Part shown: piece by piece, positions 49,272 to 59,340 of the stretch
How positions within the stretch are numbered: position 1 is the first letter of the stretch
Layout: each line of letters begins with the position of its first letter
Virus record (IMG/VR): IMGVR_UViG_3300025727_000782
Span: 1 to 64,000 of that record
Strand: one strand, 5' to 3'
Source of the DNA: a virus
DNA length: 64,000 bases
Made by a program: the position numbers and the translations under genes
Notes under the pieces: generated by a model
What the model was told of the DNA's origin: nothing
The model's input: only the letters and a program-made list of their open reading frames with translations
Databases searched by the model: none

Positions 49272-50303
49272 ATGTCAACAGCAGCAGGACAAAACTTATC
49301 ATTAGGAAAATTAAGACGAGCAATCGATGGAAACGATTCGTATACCGCCGAATTTGCTATGTCTACTGCCAAAGGTTCTTCAGCTACAGTTCAGATGAGT
49401 GAGTTTTCCATTAGTTCAGTAGATAGTGTTAGTGGATATGCTTATTTATGGGAATCAACTGCAGAAACCTATACAATGAACTTTAGTAATGCAGGTGCTT
49501 TATTTTTATCAAAAATAGCAAGTAGAGATGAAAATTTTACTTGGTCGGATAATAGTTCGATTTTAAGTGTTGCAGGTGATTATACTGCTACAGTAACAGC
49601 GGGTGCAATTTCAAATGCAAATACTGGTACTGGAGCAGATGATGATTGGTATGCAGCGGGAACTAATAATGCAGCTGTAGCAGTTACAGGTTCATTTAAT
49701 GAAGATGGACAAAGTAATGGATTTAATGATCATGCTACAAATTATAATACTAATTTATACAAAACACTTACCATTGTGGATAGTTATGGTGGTTCACCAA
49801 GTTGTTTATTAATTGGAACACCAATTGATATGGCAGATGGTACTACTAAACTTGTAGAAGATTTAGAAATTGGTGATGAAGTTTTATCAATGAATATGCC
49901 AGGTCAACTTGATGAAGATAATGATGATTGGAGAAGTTGTAGATTTTCTGATGAGAAAACAGAAACATTTACTCAACATTCTGCAAGTGTTCAAGATATT
50001 AACTTTGATTTTGCACACAATTATTGGAATATAAATGATGGACAAGAGAAGATTACAGGTGAACACGAAATGCTATATAAACCATTAAATGAAGATGTTT
50101 GGATGTGGCAATTAGTTCCAAATATGAAAGTTGGTGCTAATGTAATGGACAAAAATGGAAATGAAGTTGAAATTAAATCTTTGGAGAACATACCAAGTGA
50201 TGAAGGATTTGAAGTAGTTCAAATTGATGTAGAACCATTGGATGTATATTTTGGTAAAACATTCTTGGTACATAATAAGGGAAGTAATGTTAATCCATTC
50301 TAA
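49272..50303 (+). CDS. Virion-type protein with C-terminal Hint (intein-like) domain
   Basis: SCLLIGTPIDMADG...VEDLEIGDEV...ITGEHEM...DVYFGKTFLVHN-K. Confidence 0.8.
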   Translation: MSTAAGQNLSLGKLRRAIDGNDSYTAEFAMSTAKGSSATVQMSEFSISSVDSVSGYAYLWESTAETYTMNFSNAGALFLSKIASRDENFTWSDNSSILSVAGDYTATVTAGAISNANTGTGADDDWYAAGTNNAAVAVTGSFNEDGQSNGFNDHATNYNTNLYKTLTIVDSYGGSPSCLLIGTPIDMADGTTKLVEDLEIGDEVLSMNMPGQLDEDNDDWRSCRFSDEKTETFTQHSASVQDINFDFAHNYWNINDGQEKITGEHEMLYKPLNEDVWMWQLVPNMKVGANVMDKNGNEVEIKSLENIPSDEGFEVVQIDVEPLDVYFGKTFLVHNKGSNVNPF

Positions 50304-50378
50304 TTGTAAAAAAATAATGAATTAACACGAGTTTAGGTTATATTTATTAATAGGAAAATTACAAAAAAATAGGTTATT

Positions 50379-51107
50379 GTGTATCACGGAATATTAAATC
50401 ATAATTTTATAAAGAAATTTATTACCACTAATAATGGTGATGGAGTTGCATATCGATGGACACACGGTGCAACAGATTATCATTTGGGTGATGGTTTATT
50501 AGTTTATAGTTTAGTACAATTCTTTCAATCTAAAACTTGTGTATGTTTAGGTAGTGGTGGTGGATTTATACCACGAATAATGAGTCAAGCAAGACAAGAC
50601 TTATATAGTGATGGAACTTTTGGGGGTAAAAGTAACAAATACGAGTTTGGTGATATTGGAACTACTATAGTTGTAGATGATTGTAATGGTTTTAATGGTG
50701 AGGTAGATTGGAATGATGAAGATAGTTTTTTAAGAGAAATGTTTCATCCAATGTTTATAAAGAAAACAACTGAAACGGCATATTATAATTATTTTATAAA
50801 GAGAGATATTAAAATAGATTATTTACATATAGACGCCGACCACACATTTGACGGAGTTAAAAAAGACTTTGAGTTATATTCAAAAATTATGAATAAGGAT
50901 GGTATAATTACCATACATGATACTGATAAAGAATATATTGATAATTTTGTAGAAGAATATGGCCACGAGGGTGATGATTTAACAGGCCCAGGTGAGTTTA
51001 TTAAAACAATAGATAAACGAAGTTTTGAAGTTTTTAATTTTTTTAATCACGGAAAACATAAAGATAAACCAAGTTCAACAGGGTTAACAATAGTGAGAAA
51101 GAAGTGA
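50379..51107 (+). CDS. Class I SAM methyltransferase (Methyltransf_24-like)
   Basis: VCLGSGGG, IDYLHIDADHTFDGVKKDF, GIITIHD. Confidence 0.8.
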   Translation: MYHGILNHNFIKKFITTNNGDGVAYRWTHGATDYHLGDGLLVYSLVQFFQSKTCVCLGSGGGFIPRIMSQARQDLYSDGTFGGKSNKYEFGDIGTTIVVDDCNGFNGEVDWNDEDSFLREMFHPMFIKKTTETAYYNYFIKRDIKIDYLHIDADHTFDGVKKDFELYSKIMNKDGIITIHDTDKEYIDNFVEEYGHEGDDLTGPGEFIKTIDKRSFEVFNFFNHGKHKDKPSSTGLTIVRKK

Positions 51108-51961
51108 ATTTAGTTACAGTTAGTGGACATCATGTAAATACAATAGAACATATGTTAAATCATTATAAGGATAAAGTTAATGATATTTTTATAGGAGTAC
51201 ACCGTAATAGTTTATCAGATGAGGACTACGATAGATTAGTTCAGATTACAAATGATATTGGGTGTGGAATTTATAAAGAATATAATTTCCCACTTTATAA
51301 TTGGCCAAAGGTTACTGACATATATAATGAGATAAAAATGTTAAAACCTGATGATTGGTGGATAGTGTCAGACGATGATGAATTTCATCAATACCAAAAT
51401 CCATTAAATGATATAATTGATAAATGTGAAGATGAGAATTGGAAGTTTGTAACTGGTGCATTTTTAGATAGAGTTTCAGAAGATGGTAGTTTAGAAAAAG
51501 TTGAACGAGATATTAATATTTTTAAACAATTTCCACTTGGTGGGATGTTTAGATTTCCAATTTCTCAAGCTTGTCCAAATAAGGTTGTAATATCGAAAGG
51601 TGATATCCAATTTTCAAGTGGCCAACATTACGCAATAATAGATGGAAATGAAGTTAGAGTAGAGGGTGGTTCAAAAACAGCATCAGGAGTTGAACATCCA
51701 TATAGATGTGATGTTGATTGGGAATTTACTCAAGTACACCATTTCAAATGGGATGAGTCATTACAAAGAAGATTAAATCAGATAGTAGATATTGATGAAG
51801 AGTATACATATGGTTGGGAATATAAGATATTGATTGATTATTTTAGAAGAACTGGGGGTAAGATAGATTTGAAAGATAATAAGTTTAAGTTTCAAAATGT
51901 CTTTATTTTCCCTAAACACAATTCGTGGGATTCTATAAAACATATGAGTTTGGATTTTTAG
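51104..51961 (+). CDS. GT-A fold (GT2-like) glycosyltransferase
   Basis: HMLNHY, DWWIVSDDDEF, GQH, VHHFKW. Confidence 0.65.
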   Translation: MNLVTVSGHHVNTIEHMLNHYKDKVNDIFIGVHRNSLSDEDYDRLVQITNDIGCGIYKEYNFPLYNWPKVTDIYNEIKMLKPDDWWIVSDDDEFHQYQNPLNDIIDKCEDENWKFVTGAFLDRVSEDGSLEKVERDINIFKQFPLGGMFRFPISQACPNKVVISKGDIQFSSGQHYAIIDGNEVRVEGGSKTASGVEHPYRCDVDWEFTQVHHFKWDESLQRRLNQIVDIDEEYTYGWEYKILIDYFRRTGGKIDLKDNKFKFQNVFIFPKHNSWDSIKHMSLDF

Positions 51962-53527
51962 ATGAATAATTATAAATTAGCAATTATTGTTCCTTATAGG
52001 GATAGACAAGAACATATGGATGTATTTATACCACATATGGATCAATTTTTTTCCAACAAGGATATTGATTATACTATTGTTGTTGTTGAACAAACTGATG
52101 GTAGACCATTTAATCGTGGTAAGTTATTGAATATTGGATTCGATTTAGTTAAGGACGACTTTGATTATTTCTGTTTTCACGATGTCGATTTACTACCAAT
52201 TTCAGATGAGTGTGATTATTCATATGAAGATGCACCTATACACTTAGCTACTCAACTTGAAACCTATAATTATAACATACCGTATCCACACTATTTTGGT
52301 GGTGTTGTTATATTCAATAAGGAAAATTTTATACAACTCAATGGCTATTCAAATGAATATTGGGGATACGGAGTAGAGGATTTAGATATGATGTTTAGAT
52401 TAGAAAATTCTGGTTTACCACATGATATTTGCATAGACCAATCAGGAATTAATACACAGAGTAAATATAGTTTATCGGAATTTAAAGTTATAGAAAATAC
52501 AAAAAATAAAAAATTAAAATATGTAACATTGGATGGCGAGAATACATTACATCTTAAAAGTAGTACGGAGTTATTGACTTTACCAGAAAAATCTTATAGT
52601 ATTAGTGTTTGGGTACGACCACATAAGTTACCAACGATTTCTAATTTACCCTCTTCTATTAAAAATGGTGAACGAGAACACTCTATTATTTCCAAACCAG
52701 GATTTCATACAGGGTTATTTTATAAGTCACCTATACGAAGAAGAACTAAATCTTTTGATGAAAAACCTAAGTGGGAATTTGAAAAAGAAAAAACTTCATT
52801 TTTTCAGGCTCAGATATGGGATGAAAATGAACAAAATTATGTTGTTGATAGAGATGTAACACTTGGAGATTGGTATCACTTAATAATGTCGGTTGATGTC
52901 GATGATGGAAGTTTATCTTTATATTTAAATGGGATAAAGGCATTTGATAAGTTTAACAGACAAAAGTTTGATAATGGAAAGTTTAAAAAGAATTTAAGAA
53001 AATATTCGGATTCGCCTTGGTTTATTGGATGTTCGTATCCAGAACACAATGGATTTATAGGTGATATTTCAGAATTAAAATTTTACAATGTACCAATGAC
53101 ACCTGAAAGGGCCGAGAGTGAGTTTCTTGCTGATGAGATTGATGTATTACCAATAGTACATATTGATTTCTCTAAGGGTTATCGAAATACATATTTTGAT
53201 ATAACGGGAAATCATTGTAATTTAGTTTCATCGTTAGATATTATTGATACACACAAATCTCATTATTTTAAAATTGGTAAGGAGTTGGTAATTCCTATTA
53301 GAAAACCTGGTAAGTATAAATGTTTAAAACATACAGGCGATGATAAGATAGTAGAAAGATATGATAACTTTGACCCCGATACAGATTTAAATCTTGAAAT
53401 ATTTTTTGATGATATTAAAAGTGGTGATATTGATTATACGAAGATTGGTTTAAATAGTTTAAATTATAAACTTGTATCTGAAGAAGATTACAAAGAGAGG
53501 CATAAATGGATAAAAGTAATAACATAA
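51962..53527 (+). CDS. GT7 (beta-1,4-galactosyltransferase-like) with inserted LamG domain
   Basis: IIVPYRDR, FNRGKLLNIG, FHDVD, YFGGV, NGYSNEYWGYGVED; YSISVWV, WYHLIM, FIGDISELKFY. Confidence 0.85.
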   Translation: MNNYKLAIIVPYRDRQEHMDVFIPHMDQFFSNKDIDYTIVVVEQTDGRPFNRGKLLNIGFDLVKDDFDYFCFHDVDLLPISDECDYSYEDAPIHLATQLETYNYNIPYPHYFGGVVIFNKENFIQLNGYSNEYWGYGVEDLDMMFRLENSGLPHDICIDQSGINTQSKYSLSEFKVIENTKNKKLKYVTLDGENTLHLKSSTELLTLPEKSYSISVWVRPHKLPTISNLPSSIKNGEREHSIISKPGFHTGLFYKSPIRRRTKSFDEKPKWEFEKEKTSFFQAQIWDENEQNYVVDRDVTLGDWYHLIMSVDVDDGSLSLYLNGIKAFDKFNRQKFDNGKFKKNLRKYSDSPWFIGCSYPEHNGFIGDISELKFYNVPMTPERAESEFLADEIDVLPIVHIDFSKGYRNTYFDITGNHCNLVSSLDIIDTHKSHYFKIGKELVIPIRKPGKYKCLKHTGDDKIVERYDNFDPDTDLNLEIFFDDIKSGDIDYTKIGLNSLNYKLVSEEDYKERHKWIKVIT

Positions 53528-53728
53528 TTCATAACGTAATGAAAGTATTATTTGATAATATTGAAGAATTAGAGACTTTTGATGCTAAGTTAAAAGAACT
53601 TATTGCTCAAAAATCTTCAATAACATTATTTACTTTATTGTTGGCAAATATAGAACAATTGTATACAAGTGTAACAAAAAAGGAAGTAGATATTTTAACC
53701 TTATTAAAGAGGACAAGGAGTTAAGGAA

Positions 53729-53941
53729 ATGGCAAAAGAACATGCAGAAGAACGAGTAGCAAAATCATTAGAGAGTATTGCTGAATCATTTAGAACATTT
53801 GAAGATTCATTTTTGGAGTTAGACCTTCCAATTTGGAGTGAAAGACTTGAGTGGTATTTGAATGAGTTTTATAGTTTGGCAAAACAAAAAACAGTTGGTG
53901 GTGAGAATAGACCAGATAGGGATAAGGAACGTAGTAGATGA
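53729..53941 (+). CDS. Small hypothetical protein
   Basis: AGGAG RBS, coupled to next gene. Confidence 0.5.
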   Translation: MAKEHAEERVAKSLESIAESFRTFEDSFLELDLPIWSERLEWYLNEFYSLAKQKTVGGENRPDRDKERSR

Positions 53942-55305
53942 ATCCTAAACTCGGTGTAATCGTACCGTATCGAGATAGGGAAAAACACCTAAAGAAATTC
54001 ATTCCACATATTACAGATTTTTTAAATGAACATACAATTCCATTTGAAATTTTAGTGGTGGAACAGGCAGATGATTTACCTTTTAATAGAGGTAGGTTGT
54101 TGAATGTTGGTTTTGATATTTTAGAAGAAACTTGTGATTATTTTTGTTTCCATGATATTGATATGCTTCCTATGGAGGCTGATTATAGTTATGCTAAAAC
54201 ACCATTACATTTGGCAACAAAGCTAAGTAGTAATGATTATGAATTAACATTTCCATCCTATTTTGGTGGAGTTACATTATTTAATAAAGATGATTTCAAA
54301 TCTATTAATGGATTTTCAAATGAATATTGGGGATGGGGATTTGAAGATGATGATTTATTGTATAGGTGTTCTAAAAATGGATTGCCTGTAGATAAAAAGG
54401 TTTACGGTAATGATAGTAAAATAAACTATGTATTACAGATATCAAACGAAACTGAGGGTATCGAGATAATATCAAATAATAAAGTTTTAAAAAAACTATT
54501 CGATTCTGATTTTACTATTTCAGTAAATTCTAAACCAGATAAAATTACAAAAGATAATAGTAGTGATGCAGATGAGTATTTTATAATTAAGAAACCTGGA
54601 TATGATAGTGGATTATCATTTACAAGTTTTAATAGATTTAAAGCAGAACTTTTTGAGGAAAGTGGAAAATCAGTCTCAATAAATTCAGAATTACTGGGTG
54701 AAATCTGGACAAATTTAATATTAACAAAGAACGGTAATGAGTTATATTTTTATTTAAATGGTGAATTGGTAGGAAAAGAATTTATAGATGATGTGCGGGA
54801 TTATAATGACGAATCACTTTATATAGGACATTCAAAATTTAAAGGAGTAGTATCTTCGGTTTCTATATGGAATAAAAATATTACCTTAGAGGAAGTAAAT
54901 ACTATTTATAATAGTAGTCAGCCAATGACGAATGTTTTACCAACTGGATTACAAGTTCATTATGATTTTAAAAATATAATAAATAATAAAGTAATTGATT
55001 TAAGTGGCAATAATAACAATGGAGTTTTGACTGGTGGTAAGCAGATTGAGATGGATAGTAAATTGAAGAGTTCACTTACTATTCCACTTAGGAGAGATGG
55101 TAAGTTTTTAACTTTGAGTCATAGAAACAATTCGTGGAATGATTTGAGTTGGGTACATAAAGAAACAAGATTAAATCAGATAAAGTATTTAAATGAGGTA
55201 CGACAAGATATGTTTGATACAAACATAGATGGTTTGAATACTTTGAGATATAATTTAGAAGATAAAGAAGTAATCGATGATTATACAAAGGTAAAAGTAT
55301 CGTGA
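53938..55305 (+). CDS. GT7 glycosyltransferase with inserted LamG domain (paralog 2)
   Basis: VIVPYRDR, FNRGRLLNVG, FHDID, WGWGFEDDD; FYLNGELV, FKGVVSSVSIW, DLSGNNNNG. Confidence 0.88.
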   Translation: MNPKLGVIVPYRDREKHLKKFIPHITDFLNEHTIPFEILVVEQADDLPFNRGRLLNVGFDILEETCDYFCFHDIDMLPMEADYSYAKTPLHLATKLSSNDYELTFPSYFGGVTLFNKDDFKSINGFSNEYWGWGFEDDDLLYRCSKNGLPVDKKVYGNDSKINYVLQISNETEGIEIISNNKVLKKLFDSDFTISVNSKPDKITKDNSSDADEYFIIKKPGYDSGLSFTSFNRFKAELFEESGKSVSINSELLGEIWTNLILTKNGNELYFYLNGELVGKEFIDDVRDYNDESLYIGHSKFKGVVSSVSIWNKNITLEEVNTIYNSSQPMTNVLPTGLQVHYDFKNIINNKVIDLSGNNNNGVLTGGKQIEMDSKLKSSLTIPLRRDGKFLTLSHRNNSWNDLSWVHKETRLNQIKYLNEVRQDMFDTNIDGLNTLRYNLEDKEVIDDYTKVKVS

Positions 55306-56735
55306 AACATAAATTAGGAGTTTGTATACCATATCGAGATATCGGAGATGGTGTTCGTAAAGGACACTTGGACAAGTTAGTACCTCATTTAGAAAAGTTC
55401 CTTGGCGATAGGAATATAGACTTCAGATGTTACATTGGACACCAAGTTGATGATAAACTGTTTAATCGAAGTGGGACAAAGAATGTTGCATTCCTTGCTG
55501 CTAAAGAAGATGGGTGTGATTATGTAGCATTGCATGATGTAGATATGTTACCCGAAGATGATGCATGTGATTATAGTTATCCAGAAAAATATCCAAGACA
55601 TATTGCGTGTTATTTATCACAATGGGATTATACTCTCAGAGATGTAGAGTATTTTGGTGGTGTTATTCTTTTTACGAAAGAACAATTTCTTGATGTGAAT
55701 GGTTATAATCCAGATTATTGGGAGTGGGGAATGGAAGATGACGACTTATTTTGGAGATGTGTAAAGAAAGGTTATACACCAAAAAAATCTATTAAAGGTT
55801 TTGGGAAATCAAAAGCATTATATTTTAACGGAGAGGATGATCATATTATTGTTCCACCAAGTAGAACTTTAAGAAATTTAACAAGTCGTTCATTTGAGAT
55901 TGAGTTAACTTTAAAAGCTCAATTACCAGAAAAATATAAAGAATATTTAATTGGGGATTTAAGTAATAGAAGATATATTGACTTTCCAATAATAAATCGT
56001 AAAGGTTGGGATTTTAATATTGGTTATAATAATAGTAGAGCATTCTCAACAACAATGTGGAGTTGGAGAAATGAATTAATTTATACTTGGGCAAAAAGAT
56101 ATCCAAATAAATGGACTAAATTAAATTTAAAAGTTGATGATAGAGAACAAGAAGTAAGATTTCTTGTTAATGATGAAGAAACAGATTCACGACATGGTAC
56201 AGGTGCAGAATCACCATTGAAATATGAAAATGGATTAAAAAGATATGGTGGACTTCCCTATATTATTGGAAAGGCTCATTCGAGTGGACAAGTCGATTCT
56301 AAATATAAATTATTTCAAGGATATATTCAAGAGATTAAGTTTATAGATTTTAGAGAAAATTTAGTTTTACATTATGATTTTAGTAAATCAGTAGATGGAA
56401 ATAAAGTTATTGATTTAAGTGGTAATGAAAATCATGGTGAACTTCATGGCGGAGAAGTCAGAGAAGTTGAAGTAAGTGATTTATATAATACTGATGTACC
56501 ACACAGAAGTTTTGGTAGAATGGATTGTATGTATCACGATGATGTAGGAATTGTTAATAATAAATTTACACTTGAGACTACACAAAAAAACGAAGAACTT
56601 TATAGACTACAAATGCAAAAAGATAAAATAGATATTGATTCTAATGGAGTGAAACAACAAAAATATGAAATCGTATCAAAGGAAAATGTTTACGATAGAC
56701 ATCAAATGGTAAATGTAACTTTTAAAGGAAAGTAA
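55302..56735 (+). CDS. GT7 glycosyltransferase with inserted LamG domain (paralog 3)
   Basis: CIPYRD, FNRSGTKN, LHDVD, WEWGMEDDD; ALYFNGEDD, FQGYIQEI, DLSGNENHG. Confidence 0.85.
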   Translation: MKHKLGVCIPYRDIGDGVRKGHLDKLVPHLEKFLGDRNIDFRCYIGHQVDDKLFNRSGTKNVAFLAAKEDGCDYVALHDVDMLPEDDACDYSYPEKYPRHIACYLSQWDYTLRDVEYFGGVILFTKEQFLDVNGYNPDYWEWGMEDDDLFWRCVKKGYTPKKSIKGFGKSKALYFNGEDDHIIVPPSRTLRNLTSRSFEIELTLKAQLPEKYKEYLIGDLSNRRYIDFPIINRKGWDFNIGYNNSRAFSTTMWSWRNELIYTWAKRYPNKWTKLNLKVDDREQEVRFLVNDEETDSRHGTGAESPLKYENGLKRYGGLPYIIGKAHSSGQVDSKYKLFQGYIQEIKFIDFRENLVLHYDFSKSVDGNKVIDLSGNENHGELHGGEVREVEVSDLYNTDVPHRSFGRMDCMYHDDVGIVNNKFTLETTQKNEELYRLQMQKDKIDIDSNGVKQQKYEIVSKENVYDRHQMVNVTFKGK

Positions 56736-56736
56736 G

Positions 56737-56841
56737 ATGGTACGGTGGATTAAAAAAATTATAAATAAAATAAAACTCAAACGAAGATTAAAAAAGAAAA
56801 TGAAACATTTAAGAAAGAAAGACCCTTTTATTTATAGGTAA
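56737..56841 (+). CDS. Small basic peptide ending RKKDPFIYR (34 aa)
   Basis: Fills the gap between two genes exactly; read by hand. Confidence 0.45.
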   Translation: MVRWIKKIINKIKLKRRLKKKMKHLRKKDPFIYR

Positions 56842-56844
56842 GTT

Positions 56845-57840
56845 ATGATAGATAAACATTTTATAGCATTGGGTTGTAGTTGGACGGCAGATTATAGTTA
56901 TTTGAAAATCGAAAATCCAGAATTGTATGGAGAGTACAAAGATGTGTATGCTACGTGGGCAACCCATCTCGGAAAAGATTTTAAAAAGTATAGTAACCTT
57001 GCTTGTCCTGGCCAGGGGAATGGTTATATGTACCATAGACTTGCTTATTATCTTAGTACACATAAGAATACAAAAGATTTGTGTGTTGGTATAATGTTTT
57101 CTGATTACACACGAATGTATTTTTCGACTGATACTTATGTAGAACATCCATTACTGAAAACTGATACGTATGAACCAGAGTTTCTCAAAACGGATGGATT
57201 TAAAACTTATGATATGGGCAGAATGGGTAGTGAACTTATTGAGGGTGGGGAGTGGGATATTAGAAAAAATAATTCATGGACTCAAGATTTATATGAATCT
57301 GATGACCCAGATAAGAGGAAAACCTTTGACTTACTATGGAAAGGAATGGAAGATTGGGTAGGTTCTCCAGACCATAAATTTCAAGAATCAATTGCTAATG
57401 GATTAAGTGTTTCCCATATATATTATAATTGGTTAACTGATATAATAAATATTATAAATCTTTTGAAGGCACATAATGTAGACTATTTTTATATGTTTGC
57501 AACACAGGATTACCACGCTTGTAAGAGTGTCACACAATATACTATTAGGAGTGATATATCTGGATATAAAAGAAACGTAAATGAGTTCAACGATAACACA
57601 GGAAACTTTGAACCATATTGGCAACCCTTACCTTATTCGGTAGAACCAATGATTAATCTAATTAATACACAAAACTATGTAGAGTTTCCTACTCGGACAG
57701 GGTGTTGGACAAGTTGGGTAGTAGAACAAGATAATCCAGATTGGAGAGATGTAATTCACCCAGGTAAAAAAATGCAGAAAAAAACATATACAGAAGTATT
57801 AAAACCCTTTTTAAAGGATAGGTTTGGTTATTATGATTGA
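56845..57840 (+). CDS. SGNH/GDSL-like hydrolase or acyltransferase
   Basis: LGCSWT (block I), NLACPGQGN (block II), DVIHPG (DxxH). Confidence 0.65.
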   Translation: MIDKHFIALGCSWTADYSYLKIENPELYGEYKDVYATWATHLGKDFKKYSNLACPGQGNGYMYHRLAYYLSTHKNTKDLCVGIMFSDYTRMYFSTDTYVEHPLLKTDTYEPEFLKTDGFKTYDMGRMGSELIEGGEWDIRKNNSWTQDLYESDDPDKRKTFDLLWKGMEDWVGSPDHKFQESIANGLSVSHIYYNWLTDIINIINLLKAHNVDYFYMFATQDYHACKSVTQYTIRSDISGYKRNVNEFNDNTGNFEPYWQPLPYSVEPMINLINTQNYVEFPTRTGCWTSWVVEQDNPDWRDVIHPGKKMQKKTYTEVLKPFLKDRFGYYD

Positions 57841-59311
57841 TCATGAATATGATAGAATAAAAAAAATATTACCTGATATAGAAAAGAAGACATCGCCTAC
57901 TTTTTGTCTTGCTAAATGGCATCACGTTACCATTTATTTACACTTAGGTGAAACTCATAGTTGTTACCACCCACAACCACACGGTATTCCTTTAGATGAG
58001 TTAAAAGAAAACCCATCTGCTCTACATAACACCAAACAAAAGAAGTTAGAACGAAAGATGATGTTAGAGGGTAAGAAGCCTGAGGGATGTAACTATTGTT
58101 GGAATGTAGAATCTATGGGTCCTGATTATATAAGTGATAGAAAACAAAGAACAGTTGCAATTCACGAGGGAGATAAAAGTAGATTAGATGATATCATAAA
58201 TAATCCCTGGGATATGAATGTTAATCCTGAATATATTGAACTTTCTTTTGGAAATACTTGTAACTTTAAATGTGGTTATTGTCATCCGAGATATAGTTCA
58301 AGATTTTTGGATGAGATTAAAGAACACGGACAATACCAAGAGATGTTTTCAGGGAAGTATGATATAGAATGGTTTATTGATAAATTACAAACAGATGAAG
58401 AAACAAATCCATATGTCAAGGCTTGGTGGCAATGGTGGCCAGAAGTTTCTAAAACTTTATCTATTCTAAGAATTACAGGTGGTGAACCAACAATTCATGG
58501 TAGTACATACAGATTGTTAGATGAGATTAATAAGAACCCCATGCCAAATCTTGAGTTGAATATTAATTCAAATCTTGGTGCAAACCCAAAACTCTTTGAT
58601 AGGTTTATAGATAAGTTAAAACCAATCATAGAAGAAAAGAAAGTAAAGGATTTTAAATTATTTACTTCTATAGATACTTGGGATAAAGATAAAGCTGAGT
58701 ATATGAGACATGGTTTAGATGTAGAATTGTTTGAGAGAAATTTTAACAAATACTTAGAGGAAATACCAGATAGTAGATTGTCTCTAATGATTACCTTTAA
58801 TAATTTATGTGTTTCTAATTTTGATTCTTTATTAGAAAAAATATTAGAGTGGAGAGGGAAGTATAATAACTTAGATTGGATTAATGAAAATGGACACCCA
58901 GTTCAGAGAATACAAATAGATACACCATATTTAAAAGAACCACCACACTATGATATGAATATTTTACCAAAGAAAGACTTTGGACATTATATGGATACTC
59001 ATTTAAAATTCATGGAAGATAATCTTGAGAAATGGAATGTGAATAAGTTTGACCACCTTGAAGTTGCTAAATTTAGAAGAGTACATAATTATTTTACTAC
59101 TAACACACCTGCAATTTCTTATTTGAGAAAAGGACAATCAGATTTTTATAGTTTTTTTACTCAACACGACAAAAGAAGAGATACAGAGTTTTTAAACGCT
59201 TTTCCAGAATATACAGATTTCTATAATCATTGTAAAAAAATAAATAATAGATATCAGGCAAGAGATAGATTAAGAGAGAAGAGACGGTTGAGGAATAAGA
59301 GATATGGATAA
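57824..59311 (+). CDS. Radical SAM protein with N-terminal SPASM/twitch-like Cys motifs
   Basis: FCLAKW, HSCYH, CNYCW, CNFKCGYC, ITGGEP. Confidence 0.9.
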   Translation: MVIMIDHEYDRIKKILPDIEKKTSPTFCLAKWHHVTIYLHLGETHSCYHPQPHGIPLDELKENPSALHNTKQKKLERKMMLEGKKPEGCNYCWNVESMGPDYISDRKQRTVAIHEGDKSRLDDIINNPWDMNVNPEYIELSFGNTCNFKCGYCHPRYSSRFLDEIKEHGQYQEMFSGKYDIEWFIDKLQTDEETNPYVKAWWQWWPEVSKTLSILRITGGEPTIHGSTYRLLDEINKNPMPNLELNINSNLGANPKLFDRFIDKLKPIIEEKKVKDFKLFTSIDTWDKDKAEYMRHGLDVELFERNFNKYLEEIPDSRLSLMITFNNLCVSNFDSLLEKILEWRGKYNNLDWINENGHPVQRIQIDTPYLKEPPHYDMNILPKKDFGHYMDTHLKFMEDNLEKWNVNKFDHLEVAKFRRVHNYFTTNTPAISYLRKGQSDFYSFFTQHDKRRDTEFLNAFPEYTDFYNHCKKINNRYQARDRLREKRRLRNKRYG

Positions 59312-59340
59312 TATTTTTAATAAGATAGATACGGCATGTA

